Made by a program: the position numbers and the translations under genes | In this document: in pieces, positions 38,066-52,246 of the stretch | How the letters are laid out: each line of letters starts with the position of its first letter | Position numbering within the stretch: the first letter of the stretch is position 1 | From: Holothuria leucospilota | Taxonomy: Eukaryota | Length of the DNA stretch: 64,000 bases | NCBI GenBank assembly: GCA_029531755.1 | Contig: CM055969.1 | Span: 23,687,285-23,751,284 of the forward strand | Direction: 5' to 3' | The notes under the pieces: generated by a model | The model's database searches: none | What the model was told of the DNA's origin: nothing | The model's input: only the letters and a program-made list of their open reading frames with translations

Positions 38066-38982
38066 CTGTGAAACAAGCAATATACACCTGAAAATATTAC
38101 ATCTTCAATTACTGACATTAAGAGGCAGAGTGGGTGAGGGGTTACATGTATACCAAAAATATAACATAAATTTTCAGATGCTATAATATTTAAAAGAGTA
38201 CCAGTCATTCTGTAAACCTTATTTTAAAGAGGCTGATGTTGCATCGTCCCAAACATATTTAGCAATATGAGCATATTACTAAAAACAAGTGGAGACTATA
38301 CTTTGATTGGCATAAGTTTAAACAAAAGCATCACTCAGATTGGTCAATGACTTGAGAAAAGTGATGCAGATCACTCAGTAGTGTACCACAGTCCACACAG
38401 CAGTGGCACTGTGTGGATATACTCTTGGGCAAATTAAACTCAGTATAAACCATTGCAGTATTGTAGAAAAGGTGCACTTGCCCACTGTCTTCCTTTGAAG
38501 ATGGAGGAGGGGTTACAACTTAAATTAGTAGGGAGAATTATTTCTGTCTGGGGTGAAATTTTTTGGCATTTAAGTATCAGCTGCTTTAAAAAATTTCCGT
38601 TTGTCTCTGTGTATTTTTTACTACATTTCGGAAATGATAAATACTGTTAACTGAAATTAATGTAACGGATTTAATATTCTTCATGAATTTATCAACTGAG
38701 AAATAAAAATATTGATGCATGATTAAACAGAGCCATACATAACTTCGGAAACAGGGAAACTACTTTCATTACAGTAACAGCATTTAGCCTTTACATACAT
38801 TTTCTCGCAAATACGTGGATGCCCAATTATTAGAATCCTTGACAAAATAAAGAAGTCATTCTGCTATCCAAGTAGTACAAAGACGGCATTTTGAATGATC
38901 CCACTTCCTCCTACTAAACCAGTTTTATTTCTTCCCAGTATTTTCTCAACAGATAATCCAGCTTTATAAGTGCCATACTCAC

Positions 38983-39110
38983 CTGATGTCAATCGTCTTT
39001 AGGCTTTGTGGATTATTTATCTGCCAGAGTGCAAGCACGCCATCATTGCTCCCAAATACTACTCTCTTGTCATTGATAAATGCAGCACAGTTGATTGAAC
39101 AGTCAAAAAC
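38983..39110 (-). CDS. WD40 exon; VFDCSINCAAFINDKRVVFGSNDGVLALWQINNPQSLKTIDI(R)
   Basis: Acceptor tttctcaag|, donor GTGAGT. Ends in phase 2. Separated from the upstream exon by the family A element at 39459-40978. Confidence 0.75.
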
Positions 39111-39458
39111 CTTGAGAAAAGATATAAAGTTACCTTATATTTTTCTGATTAATCAAGTTTTTGAATGAAATAAAGGTAAATGAATACTGTAATACAGGTC
39201 CATAGCCAGACAAGGTAATGAAAAGGGGTGAAACAACTTCTAAAGGGGGGGGGGATAATTTTGGGGGGCAATGCATAATTAAATGGATTAAGGCAGTAGT
39301 AATTTTGAAATCTGTAGGAGGCCAAAAATTTCCTGAGGGGACTGCCCCTCACCCCTCTCTCCCATTAGCTACAGGCTTGCTGCAATATCACTCCATTCCT
39401 TCATCTTATCAGCATTAAATTCAAAGGTAGAATCATGCTGTCATCGACTCTGAGATGA

Positions 39459-40978
39459 ACCAGAAAGCCCAAAGGCTTAGTGATTCCTTGCCGAATGGGG
39501 ATGCTTTGTTGCACTGAGGTTTATCCCTCAAATTTACAAGTATCACAAGTATTCAACATCCCTGTCTTGAAATGTCATGTTTTTAAATGCATTTGGTCTT
39601 TGACCTCTGATGACCTCTACTGACCTCTGACCTCCAATCGATCTTGGATCTTGAAAATTCTTGGGAAATTTTGCTTTTTGACCTCTGGTGACCCCAGATG
39701 ATGATCTTAGGAATTCTTGAGAAATTTTGCCTTCTGACCTTTTGTGACCCCAGATGACACTCTTGGGAATTCTTGCTTTTATACGTCTGGTGACCCCATG
39801 ACAATCTTGGGAATTGTTGAGAAATTTTGCTTTTTGACTGCTGGTGACCCCAGATGATGATCTTGGGAATTCTTGGGAAATTCTGCTTTTTGACCTCTGG
39901 TGACCCCAGTAACAATCTTTGGAATTCTTGGGAAATTTTGCATTTTGACCTCTGGTGACCCCATATGACGATATTGGGAATTCTTGGGAAATTTTGTTTT
40001 TTGACCTCTGGTGACCTCAGATGACCTTTGACCTCTACCACAAACAACAGGGTCCTTCCTCTCAACATGATAAATCTATATACCAAATATGAAAAGTGTC
40101 GGTCACTGGCAACTTGAGATATCGCGTTTACAAGCCGTTTATGAGGTTTTCGCAGTTTAACCTCCGGTGACCTCAGATGACCTTTGACCTCTACCAAAAC
40201 AATAGGCTTCTTCCTCTTGACATGACAAATCTGTATACCAAATATGAAAAGTGTCCTTCACTCCTATCTTGATAAATTGTGATTACAAGGTTTTCAGTCT
40301 TTTACTTCCAGTGACCTCAAATGACCTTTGACCTTTACCAAAAACAATAGGGCTCTTCCTCTCAACATGACAAATCTATATACCAAATATGAAAAGTGTC
40401 GGTCATTGCTAACTCAAGATATCGTGTTTACAAGCTGTTTATGAGGTTTTCGCAGTTTCACCTCCGGTGACCTCAGATGCCCTTTGACCTCTACCAAAAA
40501 CAATAGGCTTCTTCCTCTTGACATGACAAATCTGTATACCAAATATGAAAAGTGTCGGTCATTGCTACCTTGAGATATCATGTTTACAAGGTTTTTGCTT
40601 TTTGACCTCTGGTGACCTCAGATGACCTTTGACCTCTACCAAAAACAATAGGCTTCTTCCTCTTGACATGACAAATCTGTATACCAAACATGAAAAGTGT
40701 CGGTCATTGCTACCTTGAGATATCATGTTTACAAGGTTTTCACTTTTTGACCTCTGGTGACCTCAGATGACCTTTGACCTCTACCAAAAACAATAGGGTT
40801 CTTCCTCTCAACATGACAAATCTATATACCAAATATGAAAAGTGTCAGTCATTACTTACTGGAGATATCGTGTTTACAAGCAAGGCGTCACATACACACA
40901 CACACATACACACATACGCACACACACACACACGCCATCACCATCGCATAGATTCCTTGCCTGCTTTCGGCAAGGAAT
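39459..40978 (-). mobile_element. Family A composite element, complete copy in reverse orientation (intronic in the WD40 gene)
   Basis: Begins accagaaagcccaaaggcttagtgattccttgccgaatgggg and ends ..gtcacatacacacacac..gccatcaccatcgcatagattccttgcctgctttcggcaaggaat. Contains ~66-bp subrepeats at 39600-40010 and ~145-bp monomers at 40010-40870. Confidence 0.8.
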
Positions 40979-41686
40979 AAAAAAAAATGAACCGCATCCT
41001 TTGATTGTAATTTGCTTCTTCACTTCTCACATGGTTTGGCTTCATCACTTAAAGATTAAGATAACTATGCCTTCCATCCTTTACACAGCCAAAAAACCCC
41101 ATCAAACAGCAAAGATAAAACTACTCTTAAGAGCCCTGAAGAATAGGAGAGCAGGGCTACAGAATAAAATACATAAGCATGCAAGCAAGCAAACAAACAC
41201 CACAGCTTTAACAGGGAACAACATGAGTTCCAAATATGAGGAGGTTTAATATCAATGAATTCATCCTATTCACAAAGACCTATCCTCGTTTTCCAGATCA
41301 TTGATTCCTAGGACACACCCATTGCAATCTATGTTCATGAAATAAAACTCCAAAAACTTCAAAAATTCCTTTCTGATCATTTGACATTACTGATGAGGAA
41401 GGCAGCAGCTTTACATTTAAATATAAATCAAATTACAGATGCACGTGTGTAAAATCAAATATTAACATTAATTTTAAAGACTTCTTTTGAGAACTGTGGC
41501 ATTACCTCGATCCCACCCCATCCCACTGCAACTCTTCTATGGAACAAATAAATGACTTCCTATATATTCATAATTCCAGTATGACCTACTTGTAAAAACA
41601 TTCACATTATATTTCTAGCATATACAAAAACTTCTGGAATATGCAAAGAGGATTTTTTACTTGTTTTTTGCTTTTCATTGACATAC

Positions 41687-41765
41687 CCTCCACATGTACA
41701 CTTTACAGAATCCAGGATCTGTGGTATCATTTGGGTTTCTGTACCACAGGGTTGCTTCACCATCC
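41687..41765 (-). CDS. WD40 exon; (R)DGEATLWYRNPNDTTDPGFCKVYMWR
   Basis: Acceptor tttctttgcag|, donor AGG|GTATGT. An alternative donor after ..GFCK (aaa|gtgtac) is possible. Confidence 0.6.
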
Positions 41766-42560
41766 CTGCAAAGAAACAAAGTGAGCATATTAGACTATCT
41801 CAGACTAAGTGAACTTTATAAGTTCTGTTAACAAGAGTTAGAAATGATCTTTTTTGTGACCAGTCTTCCAGCTGTGTTCTTTCTATCTGACAAAAACCTA
41901 AAACTGCTAAATAAAGCTATGATCTTAGAAGGAACACAAGCTTTTTTGTTGTTGGTACCTCACTTGATACCTTGAACTTCACATGTTTATTCCTAGAGGA
42001 TTCTGCTATTTAAGTTATGCTTTCAGCAATTTGAAATAAATACACATTCTGTTGTTTAAATTAAAGGGGAACTAACCTGAAGTAGCAAAAATGGTACAAA
42101 ATAGATCTGCAGCTTTTGCAAGGGAAATTTCAACATGTAAGTACTGGCTTCACAGGAAATATTAAAATTAATAAAAGAAAAATGAAAACTTTCAGCAGCC
42201 AAAAATAAGTAATTTGTACCATGGAGTAAAATATGGCATGGTGACAGGACTCACAGTCTCTGGGTGACTGATGAATGGGACAATATGCTTTATTGAAAAC
42301 TGTGCTTATTCAATACAGCAGCCAATATTCAGGCAGTTTAAGACCTTGCTGACTGGAGGAATACCCAGTTCTCATCTGTCAATCAAAAGTCATTGGGGAG
42401 TATTGTTATACAAAGTTGTCTATCCCAATGATATGGCTGCTACTTTTTTAAGTGTTACGAGGGTTGAAGTGGATGGTAATTAACTTCTGGCACAAGTTTA
42501 CATCCTGACCAGACATACCATAGTTTCTGTTCTTTAGCAGAAGACTTAAGTTTATCATAC

Positions 42561-42652
42561 CTGCTTGTAGTGACCATGATATTCCCAGAGGGAGACTCTG
42601 CAACTGAGGTAACAGCGTCAGTGTGAACACCAAAATCTGATTGGATGGAATG
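42561..42652 (-). CDS. WD40 exon; HSIQSDFGVHTDAVTSVAESPSGNIMVTTS(R)
   Basis: Acceptor tttctacag|, donor GTATGA. Ends in phase 2. Separated from the upstream exon by the 4.5-kb inverted-repeat element. Confidence 0.75.
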
Positions 42653-43419
42653 CTGTAGAAATAAATTCAAAAAGTTTTTTTCCTTTAACTACTATCCTTA
42701 CATATTTGTAACGTTGTTCAGAGCATGGAAGAAACTTTGAGATTGATCAAATTAACACTTCTTGAGATCTTGTTTTCAAAACATATCTGGCAACTCTCAC
42801 TACTTGCTTCTGACAGCCTATCATCTCAAAGTCAAATGTTTCAATCTCACCATGTATTATACCATTGGCACAGGTACTGGGTTCCTGCACCTTTGGGACA
42901 GTATAATTCCATGACTTTTTCACAACCCTTTCAAGACCAAATTATGACAAGTCAATGGCCAAGTCACCCCAAGTGCATTTTCTTGACCATAAAAGTCTGG
43001 GACAAAAATATGCATGACATGAAAGTCCTTTTAGCCCCAATTTTTGTACAAGCTGAACTGTTAATCAGGCTTGCATCAAAACAAGACAAAACTCCAGCTC
43101 TATAAGCACAATGTGCGCTCAAGTGAATAATGACTTGTGGTGCTTAATAAGTAGTTCCAGTGGCTACCAGGGCTTGGCCGGATCATATGTCCAGATTGAG
43201 CACGGTTGTGAAGATACAACTCGCTGGACTAAAACCACAGAATGTGAAAGTTACTGACCATCACTAATAAGACTTTCCCGGGCTGTGGGGGACTACTCGG
43301 GATTGTAGGCTTTAGGGTATTTTCATGGCATGTGTACCTGACATGCATTCAAAAGAAGTTACACCATCTGCACAAAATTCCATCAATTTTCCAAGACTCC
43401 TGTCATTTTATTCAATATT

Positions 43420-46400
43420 TCATGACTTTTTTAGGCCTGGACTGTAAAAAGGGAATTCCATGACCAGGGCTGTAACCGAGTCCACCTAATCCGAGTCCGA
43501 GCCAATTCCGATTCCAGTGACCCCAATTCCGGGCCAATTCCGAGTCCGGTACCACTCGAGTCCAAGCCGAGTCCGAGTCCAGAGGACCCGAGTCCGAGCC
43601 GAGTCCGAGTCCATCCCATAAGTAAATGTGCAGTAAAATCCTTGGAAATTGGCAGCGCCGCAGTGTAGTGTGAATACAGTAGCATGAGTGCAGGTACAGG
43701 TACCAGCTGGTCATGAGTACGGGTACCAAGCCATGGGCCTGGGTACAGGTATGGGAACCAGGCCATTAGTACAGATGGGGGCCGGTACAGGTATGGGTAA
43801 CATGTCATGAGCCCGGGCACGGGTACTGGTCATGAGTATGTGGTTTTGAGTTTGGGTATGGTATGTATGCCAGGTCGTGAGAAGCTGGTATGGGTGCAAG
43901 TCCCGGGTTACGAACTTGAGCACAGACTAGGGGTAACACACCACGAGTATCGACACCGTCACGTCTCAAGAACTTTCATACCCAAGTGTAGGTATGAAAG
44001 TTCAAACTTGAAGGAATTTAATGAGCACTGGTACAGGATCTGACCAGGTGGTATGGGTGCAGTTACATGGTGATGAGTATAATTATAGGCACCACCAGCT
44101 ACTATCATGGGTACAAGAATAATATTAGGTGTACTTAGTAACAAGTTTGGCAGCCACTCTATATGAGTATCATATACAGTATCTGGAATATTTACAAAGT
44201 TCTAGAACACAACCACTGCAATGTCTGGTACTCAGGTGCCCTTCTCTGGGGGGCATGCCCACCCCTAAGTTTCTCCTAGCCCCTCAAAAATTGCCCAAAT
44301 TCCATAAAGGCTAGTAGTGAAGACATACAGATATCCCCAGAAATGTTAGCTTAAAATATATTAAAGCCCAGCTGCAAATTAAATCTTCATATTGTAGCCC
44401 TGCCCCGCCCCACCACACCCACCGTCCAAAAAAATATGTCGCAACATCCTTACAATTGCCCCTGCTGATGCCTGTACTGACACGTCATTATCTCTATGGT
44501 TTGAAGTGAAGTGCAATTTTCATACCTGTTACACTACTTGATTTCAAGTACACAAAACTTACAACTTTGGAAAATTAGTATTGATTATTTTCTGATGCCT
44601 ATAAACATATAGCTAATTCACTGCCAATTTGTGTTATTGAACTTCACACCTTGTAATCCTAAAGGCTGATGGTCAGTGCTTGAATAGCTTAATCAACTTG
44701 AACCATGGGCTTGTTGTATGAACCAACAAGGATGTATTGGAGCAACTACCTACTATTTACAGTACAATCAAAGCCAATTAACAGTTTTTACAACAAAAGC
44801 AGTCAGATTTGCTGGGTCTGAGAGTTTAAGAGGAGACTATACAAATCTCCAAAGCACTGGAAGATTCAAAGATTCAAGGAAAATACAAACTACACTATAG
44901 CTGTATGTTACCTAAATAATACCTCGAGTTGTGCCTAATCCGTTCACTGGTACAATATGTGCCTATTGATTGTTACACATCTTACACAATGCAAACAATG
45001 AACATAGGTCTGTGCCTTGCCTTGCAGAACATTGTCAGTGGATCTCCTAAATCCTATTCAAACCATAAGTTATTATAGGCTCTGAAGGAGGTGATACTTT
45101 TTTGCATCCTGTCTTCTGTAACAAATTTTACAAAAAGGCTATACTGTGTAGACTATATGCTAAGGAAGGCTTAGTATGAAACTGCTACAAATGGGGCAGT
45201 TCTTGCATTTGTAAGTTTTATCCAGATAAGATGTAAACATAGAGCAGGATATCAATAGCTTCTGTTGATGTATATGAATTTTGCAGTACTAACTGTACAG
45301 ATCAGTCATGTGCATGAATGGAGCTTAAATTTAGTAAACTTAATTTATTGTCGTTCAAGGACCTTTGTACTTTTGATGAGGGTATATGCAGAGGGCAGGT
45401 GGTGGCCGGATGGGGATCAACTGGGAGAGTAGGCTATAGGCCTTTACTGAGGCCTATATTGCCAACATCACAAATCTTGGTTACAATTAAAGGCAGTCCT
45501 CAGATCCAGTTGAGCCCAGTTGCACTAGTATATAGACCTACATGATCTGAAGTACAGTGTATGTTGTACCCACGGACTTCAATACATGGACAGAGGATTG
45601 CGCAATCAATACGGTCGCCACCGTTCGAACAAATTTTGGCTAACCAAGATGGCCGCCGGGCTACTACCTTTTGCCCAATTTGACGATGAATCTGCAACAT
45701 TTCAGACAAAATATCAGTATGAATGGAAGAACAATATCACAGTCCTCCATTCTTTTTGATGAATTTGACCTGAGCTTGCATTCTTTCGAAAATATTACAA
45801 GTTTCTCACACAATCTGTCGATACTGAGCCACTTGAGCAAGTCCAAACTTTTACACACAAGACTATACCAGGCAGCCATATTGGTAAGCCTACTCGTGTA
45901 CGTACACTGTGGCGACAATTTACGCACAGGACGTTAGTGCAATATGCTCTGTCCATGTATATAAGAAGTCCGTGGTTGTACCACACAGTATTAACAGAAT
46001 GCACCTGTAGTAAGTCAAGACTATAAATTTGTACATGTAGTACCAGTTCTGCTAGAAAGTTCTGCTTTACATTTAAGTTACGTAGTCGTTCCTTGCTACC
46101 TATAGTATACTACAGCAGCTTACCTGGGGAAAACAGTTCATTGACTGGTACGGTTTTAACTTTTATGGTTCAGTTTTAATCAGTTCATCATCATGTATAG
46201 TACTGCAGCATGAACAACTCATCTCCCTCATGGACGACACACGGTGCAGTATGAGTAAGAAGCTTTTTAAAAACTTTTAGGTTGAATCTATCTAGCAAGC
46301 GCTAATGCTCGTAACCACTTGCCAACAAGACCAGCTGCTGATATGTACTGGACATGTACTGTAGATCTTTCATGCAGCCAGCATAAGGACTTTGAAGCGC

Positions 46401-47930
46401 AGTATATTGTTGGGCCTATGCCTAACAGTTAGAACTCATTCTGTGCACTGTGCAAGCTGCAACTGAACTATGTGTGTATATGATTCATTGGTGCAATACA
46501 TATACACTGTACTATACATGAATGAGTATACATAACTGCAGCTGGTTTTGCATAGGCATTGACAAACATTGTCCTGTTAGCTTTACTAGTGACTAACGTG
46601 TCCATGCAACCTGAAGCCTGCAGTAGCTGCAGAGATAGCATGCCATATATACAGTATCAAAGAGCATGGAGTATAACCAGAGACACTGCAGCCTGCATGC
46701 ACTTGGCCTTCAAGCCATTTCACTTTACCATGATGACGTTGATAAAAATTTACCTCTGAAGGCCAAACATCATGCTCTAGGTGATTACTGTATTATATTT
46801 GATGTGCTTACACACTCAACCCTCCCCATTGTCAGGTTTCAGGTTGCTCCCCCTTCCCCCCACCTTTGGGCACCCTGCCCCCTCAGGCAGTCATGGCATA
46901 ATCACTGATAGCCTATTGCACAATTCTCAGACTGCTTTTGAGTTAGTGTAAGTAAACACTATAGGTCTCAGGTAGTCAGTTATAGGTCAGTGAGCACCCC
47001 CCACTACCTGTACATACACCCCATCAAAAGAGATATGTTCAAAAATGCTGCCAGACTCTGACTCGACTCTGACTTGGACACAGCTTGGTCTCGAGGCCTT
47101 CAGGACTCTGACTTGGATTCTAACCATCAACTCAGACCTTGCTCAGACTTGGGACAGGTGGACTTGGCTCCAACCCATTTAACTTCACATCTTGCAGACT
47201 AGTGGTCACTGCTTGAATGGATAAATCAGTTTAACTTGAATAACCTGAAGGAATGTGTCAGTTCTTCAATCAAAGAATTTCTGTAGCTGGGTAATGACAA
47301 TGGTTAATGCCACTGTTGCAATTACAGGAACTAGGCATGATACAAGTTCAACCAGGCATGTATCATGTAGCACTTTTCCAACTAACTTAGAGGGCCATTT
47401 CTGTTAAAACCTCTTCTTTACAGTATTTCATACATTCTTGAATATTTAGTTCATTGGTTACAAGACCAGACCAATTAATTTTCCCGTGTACACCTGGCTA
47501 GCCTGGAGTCCCAGGGGGACTTAGCAAATCCTTTTCCCAAGAAAAAGCCCTTGCCCTGCCTACAAAATTCCAACCTGAGTAAGTTTCAATCCCAGCTGAT
47601 TCTCAATAAATAACTCCCATGTCCCCACTGTTGCAAACATACCCAGGGGCACTTTTCCCAGACAGTAGGCTGATAGCCCAGTGGTAAATATGAGCTAATA
47701 TGCTAGGGGGCATCAAATTTTCACTTAAGTGGACTCGGCTGGACTCGGCTCAGAGTCCGAGTCCAGTTGCAGCCCATTCCGGGCCAATTCCGATTCCAGG
47801 ACCTCCCATTCCAGGCCAATTCCGAGTCCAGAAAAAACTGGACTCGAGTCCGGAATTGAGTCCGAGTCCGGACTCGGGTGTTACAGCCCTGTCCATGACT
47901 TTATCATGACTTCTCCAGGCTTTACTGTAA
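43420..47930. mobile_element. About 4.5-kb element bounded by ~200-bp inverted terminal regions that contain (GAGTCC)n hexamer arrays. The interior has degenerate tandem motifs (ggtacaggtatggg..; gactctgacttgga..) and no recognisable transposase.
   Basis: 43425-43620 is the reverse complement of 47730-47925 (gcctgga..catgac.agggctgtaac plus the gagtccgagtcc runs). Lies in an intron of the WD40 gene. Confidence 0.55.
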
Positions 47931-48718
47931 CCATTCCTATACACTTTCTTCAAAAGTTTCCATTTTTCACTTGCTCCCTGTCTGAGCTTCAATATTTGAC
48001 TTCACTTAACTGGAAATACTGAACATAAATGCACAGATATGGCATACAACTAAAGTAGTTACTATCAGTATTAAACCATTCAGCCTCACCAATAAACTTT
48101 GACAATGTGGAACATCTTCAAAATCTCTAGATTTGAGGCACCAATCACCAGATTTATTTCAGGATTATCTCCAGGTTCACAGATTTGTAGACTGGCAGGT
48201 CTGTTACTTGGGTTTCATAGAGTAACACTGGAGGTGCCAACCACCAGCTTTATTTCAGGATTATCTCCAGGTTCACAAATTTGTAGACTAACAGGTCTGT
48301 TACAATGTTTCAAAGAGAAACGTGCAGCTACCACACAGTATACACCTGTTGCTACATAACATGATGGACTGGCTTCCCTAAAAATGGTCAACTGTTACAT
48401 TTTTTATTTTACCTATGAATGTACAGTTCAGGTGAAACATTGAACTTAAAGACACCATTGACTGACATGAACAATTTCAACAGAAAAGCATTTCAGAGCT
48501 TCTTGCATTTTCAACAGTCTAAGGTCATGGGTTTGATAATGTGGTACACCCCACTGAGACAATAGATTTATGGGGTGTGGAAAACAGATCTTTTTTAAGC
48601 ACAATCAAGACAGCTTGCATCCACATGTACGAAGCATAAAAGGGCTTGAAACCTGCACGCAATTTGCTAAATGTAAAACCTATGAAATTTTGGAGTTAAG
48701 TTGTTCTGTATCACTTAC

Positions 48719-48838
48719 CACAGGGGTCCAGAGTTTAACTGTTCTGTCCAAGGAGGCTGACACGACCAACCCATTGCTGGCTATTCCTACAGCGGTCACT
48801 CTGTCAGCATGGCCAGTCAAGGTACACAATTCATTACC
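48719..48838 (-). CDS. WD40 exon; GNELCTLTGHADRVTAVGIASNGLVVSASLDRTVKLWTPV
   Basis: Acceptor cttcttttaag|, donor GTAAGT. Phase 0 on both sides. Confidence 0.8.
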
Positions 48839-49224
48839 CTTAAAAGAAGACAGAAGACTCATTTTAATGCCTTTGATCACTATCTTTCCCACACCATACA
48901 GCCCAAGAGTACAATGACCTCTGTTTTTGAGTGCACCTCATATCCCTTGTTGCAACTAAAATTTGTGAAAGGCATGATCTTTTTATTCTACTGACAGTAT
49001 TGTTGTTATGCCTTCTAAGACCATATAAAAGGAGGTACATTGTAATACAAATTCCACCATGCACTGACCAACCAAACAGAACACACTGCATACTTCAAGT
49101 GCCAATTACATCTTCAGCCACAAAGCCATTGCATTCAGAAATACGGCACTGTAAGACAAGCTTCATTCAACTTGAAATCCTTAAACTTTGCTATCATCTG
49201 GGTTTCAATACTTCACTGACCTAC

Positions 49225-49403
49225 CTGCAGTGGTTTCCAGATCTGGTAGGTTCCATCATCAGCAGCAGATGCCACCATCACTTCCTCCAGTTTGACCTTT
49301 GACTGCTTGTCCATCTTCTTCCTACTATGTTCCTCCTTCCACTCTTCTTTGTATGTCATGGTGGCCCAGTCCTCCCCCTCTTCCATTTCTGCTATTTGTT
49401 CTT
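49225..49403 (-). CDS. Exon encoding an acidic, Lys/Glu-rich insertion followed by a WD blade; (E)EQIAEMEEGEDWATMTYKEEWKEEHSRKKMDKQSKVKLEEVMVASAADDGTYQIWKPLQ
   Basis: Acceptor gattgccag| in phase 1 completes the Glu codon. Donor GTAGGT. Confidence 0.7.
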
Positions 49404-51251
49404 CTGGCAATCAGACAAATAAACTTAGCATTTTCCCAGGAATGCTTTTTCTAGTGATATTACATTTTTCCTCAGTAATTAATTTATTGGTTCCTGGACA
49501 AATGTATAGTGGACAGTCCCAATCGGAAAACATTCTCGACCCCCCCTCCCAATTACCATCTACTAAGTTCCTATCCTGGATGATTTTGGATTATTCTGTG
49601 GGGTAAGATGTCTCATTGTAATAGTTCAGAATCGTCCAACGAGACACTTCCTGGAATGGGAAATGCCCAGATGGAATTGTCTAGATAGAAGTCACCCAGG
49701 AAATGTTCTCAAGGCAAAAATTGTCGGGGAAGGGGGGAGGGGTGTGTCTGCCGGTGGGGAGTTGTCCAGTCACAACTTAATAATTAACATTTATAAATCT
49801 ATCACTGTGACTTTATACTGATGATGTACATGCAAGTTACAGCTACACATTATTTCATACTTTGCTAAAGATGATTTTAAGCAAACAAAGAGGACAAGGA
49901 CAACAATTATGATTCAGATTTGTCAAACTTGTAGACACAGAATAAGATCTAATTATAACTAGATAATTAATTGCAATTTTTGGTTCCAGGTGAAGCCGGG
50001 AACTGTAGTTGTCATTCACCTGTTGAGCCTGCAATGAACCCGCCACGACCCCGACTGTGACTACTTTTCATATCTGTTGCCGGCTTTGGCATTAGGTAAG
50101 TGCACCGTACATGCGATGGCAAAATGCACTCAGTTAAGCCGAAACCGTATGAAATAGTTTTCAAAGGTTTGCTTCTAATAATTCATATCCATCGCCAGCT
50201 TGGGAAATTTGCCCAAACGCACCATACACGAGACTTCCACAAGTTGCACTCGCGGTGTGTAAGTCGAAACTGCGTTAGCGACGTTCAGTCAGATTGTGGC
50301 GTCATAGGAGATTCCACTGTCGTTTGCATGCACTGCAGTGATTTTGCGTCAGGCAAAAGTACACTGTACAGTATATATTAACTACATACATTCATTTTTA
50401 TTTTATAATGTGGGTAGAAATACTGTTAACCTAACTTAAGCATTAGGCAAACCTTCACTATCTTGCTAAGCCAACAAGCCAATAGTGGCTAGCCTACCTT
50501 TTTTAACTAACATTGCTGCACTAACATAGTTCTAGGCTACTTACAAAGTTCCATCATTCCTTGTGTTAATTTTGCACTGCCTGTACATGGTTAGGTAAGC
50601 TGAATTGCAACGTGCACGTGCATACTATGCTTAGTTGAGGCGATCACCGCCTAGAACCATTCACAAGTTTTCCTTTGATTGAAAGATCTTCTTGCAGAAG
50701 TGAAAAGTTTCAGTGAAAGTGAGATTCTAAAGTTGACTTCTTAACCAAGTTCTCTCTTCACCTGAGTGACTTCAGCCCCCCCTCATACTAATGAATTATA
50801 CCAAAGATAAAGTTTAAAACTTTTTAATTACAAACATGCACCACCTTGCAATAAATCTTTCAACCTTCAGTACGAACCAATCTTTTATGACTATGTTCGT
50901 TAATATTTGAATAAGATCCTCTCATAAGATGTATCATAAATACATTGGTGTACCTAGAAAGTTGTCAAGCACTGTGAATACTTCCTGTGTCACCTCTTGG
51001 AGGGGATGATTCCCTGAGAGGGATCTAAGGGGAGGGGGTGCTGCCCTCCTGTTTAAGAAATGTATCTTACACGCAAAATGGTGCTATCCTTGGCCAAGTT
51101 TTCAACTGATTACATGTGTTTTATAGAAATCGACCTAGTGAATGTTCCTTGTGGCATGATATTCTTCACTGACTGGGAATGTTGGTAGACTACTCCCCCC
51201 TCTATTCCCCCTACTGCACCACTGCCTGTACACAAGAAATCTACTACTCAC

Positions 51252-51396
51252 CTTCTTCAGTGCTTTTTCCAGATGGGATAAAAATATCACAGGAGTTGAC
51301 TCCCCTCTCATGAGCAGGAATGGTTGTTATTTCTACACCACGGTGAGACCAGATTTTCAGCTCCCCATTGGTGGATCCAGACACTATACATCCATG
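51252..51396 (-). CDS. WD40 exon; HGCIVSGSTNGELKIWSHRGVEITTIPAHERGVNSCDIFIPSGKSTEE(E)
   Basis: Acceptor tgtttctacag|, donor GTGAGT. Ends in phase 1. Confidence 0.75.
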
Positions 51397-52035
51397 CTGT
51401 AGAAACAGATTCAAAAGCATCACGTTAGCTAGCTAGGAACAACAAAAAGGTGGCTGCTCAGTATGAACCACACTATGCTATACCACAAAGACATGTACAG
51501 TCACTCTTATGCAACAACAGTTACCATTTACCACTTTAACTCATAGATGACTAGGATTACAACCAATCTTGTTTGTAAGGTATCACAACTTGGAATTTGG
51601 TGAGCAATTTCCCCTCTTCAACCTGTGCAATCATGACTGAAGAAAAAGTAATACCATCTATGCACACCTCAACAGTTTTATAATATTGTAACACACTATC
51701 ATGTTTCCAACACTGATCTAAAAAGCATTTAGTTTCCACATTGGCAACTAATTTCATGTGGTAGAAGAATGGGGTTTGGTCACTGTCACATTTAAATGTA
51801 CAAATGAATACCCCACAGACAAGGCCATGGAGGAGGGTGAGATGCATGATAACATAGCAACAGAGCCTTGGTGGGAACAGTCAGCCTAGCAGACAGAAAC
51901 TGCACAACCATAACATATTACCATTCACTGGTAAGGGAGGGGATGGGGGGGGGGGGTTTAATCCTGGTAAGGTCAGGAACCAACAGTTATATCTCGACTT
52001 GAACCAATTGGTTGGAAACTGGGACGTTAAACCTC

Positions 52036-52064
52036 ATCTAACCTAACCTAACCTAACCTAACCA
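52036..52064. repeat. (CCTAA)n pentanucleotide microsatellite, about 5 units
   Basis: taacctaacctaacctaacctaacc read directly. Intronic. Confidence 0.8.
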
Positions 52065-52138
52065 ACAGTTATATCTGAGACTCCATGTGGCTGTGTACAG
52101 CTCAATACAAAGCCTTTCACATTACTTAACTGACTCAC

Positions 52139-52246
52139 ACTAAAGGCAACAGAAGTCACTGCAGATGAGTGACCCTTCATTGTAACTTTAGCTTGCTGCT
52201 TCTTGAGATTCCACAACTTAACAAGGCAGTCATTGGATCCAGTCAC
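52139..52246 (-). CDS. WD40 exon; VTGSNDCLVKLWNLKKQQAKVTMKGHSSAVTSVAFS
   Basis: Acceptor ctcctcctag|, donor GTGAGT. Joins ..DNGEYL|VTGSND.. across the satellite-containing intron. Confidence 0.8.

Noticed and set aside
39583-40197. A 204-aa minus-strand ORF and similar ORFs at 1058-1345 and 8389-8661
   Set aside because: They lie entirely within the ~66-bp and ~145-bp subrepeats of the family A and B elements. The low-complexity repetitive peptides (SPEVKKQNFPRIPKI..) are repeat artefacts.
51557-51847. A 96-aa minus-strand ORF between two WD40 exons, considered as an additional exon
   Set aside because: It has no WD40 signature and no usable donor. The flanking exons (52139 and 51396) already join in phase 0 with a sensible WD repeat junction (..AFS|HGC..).
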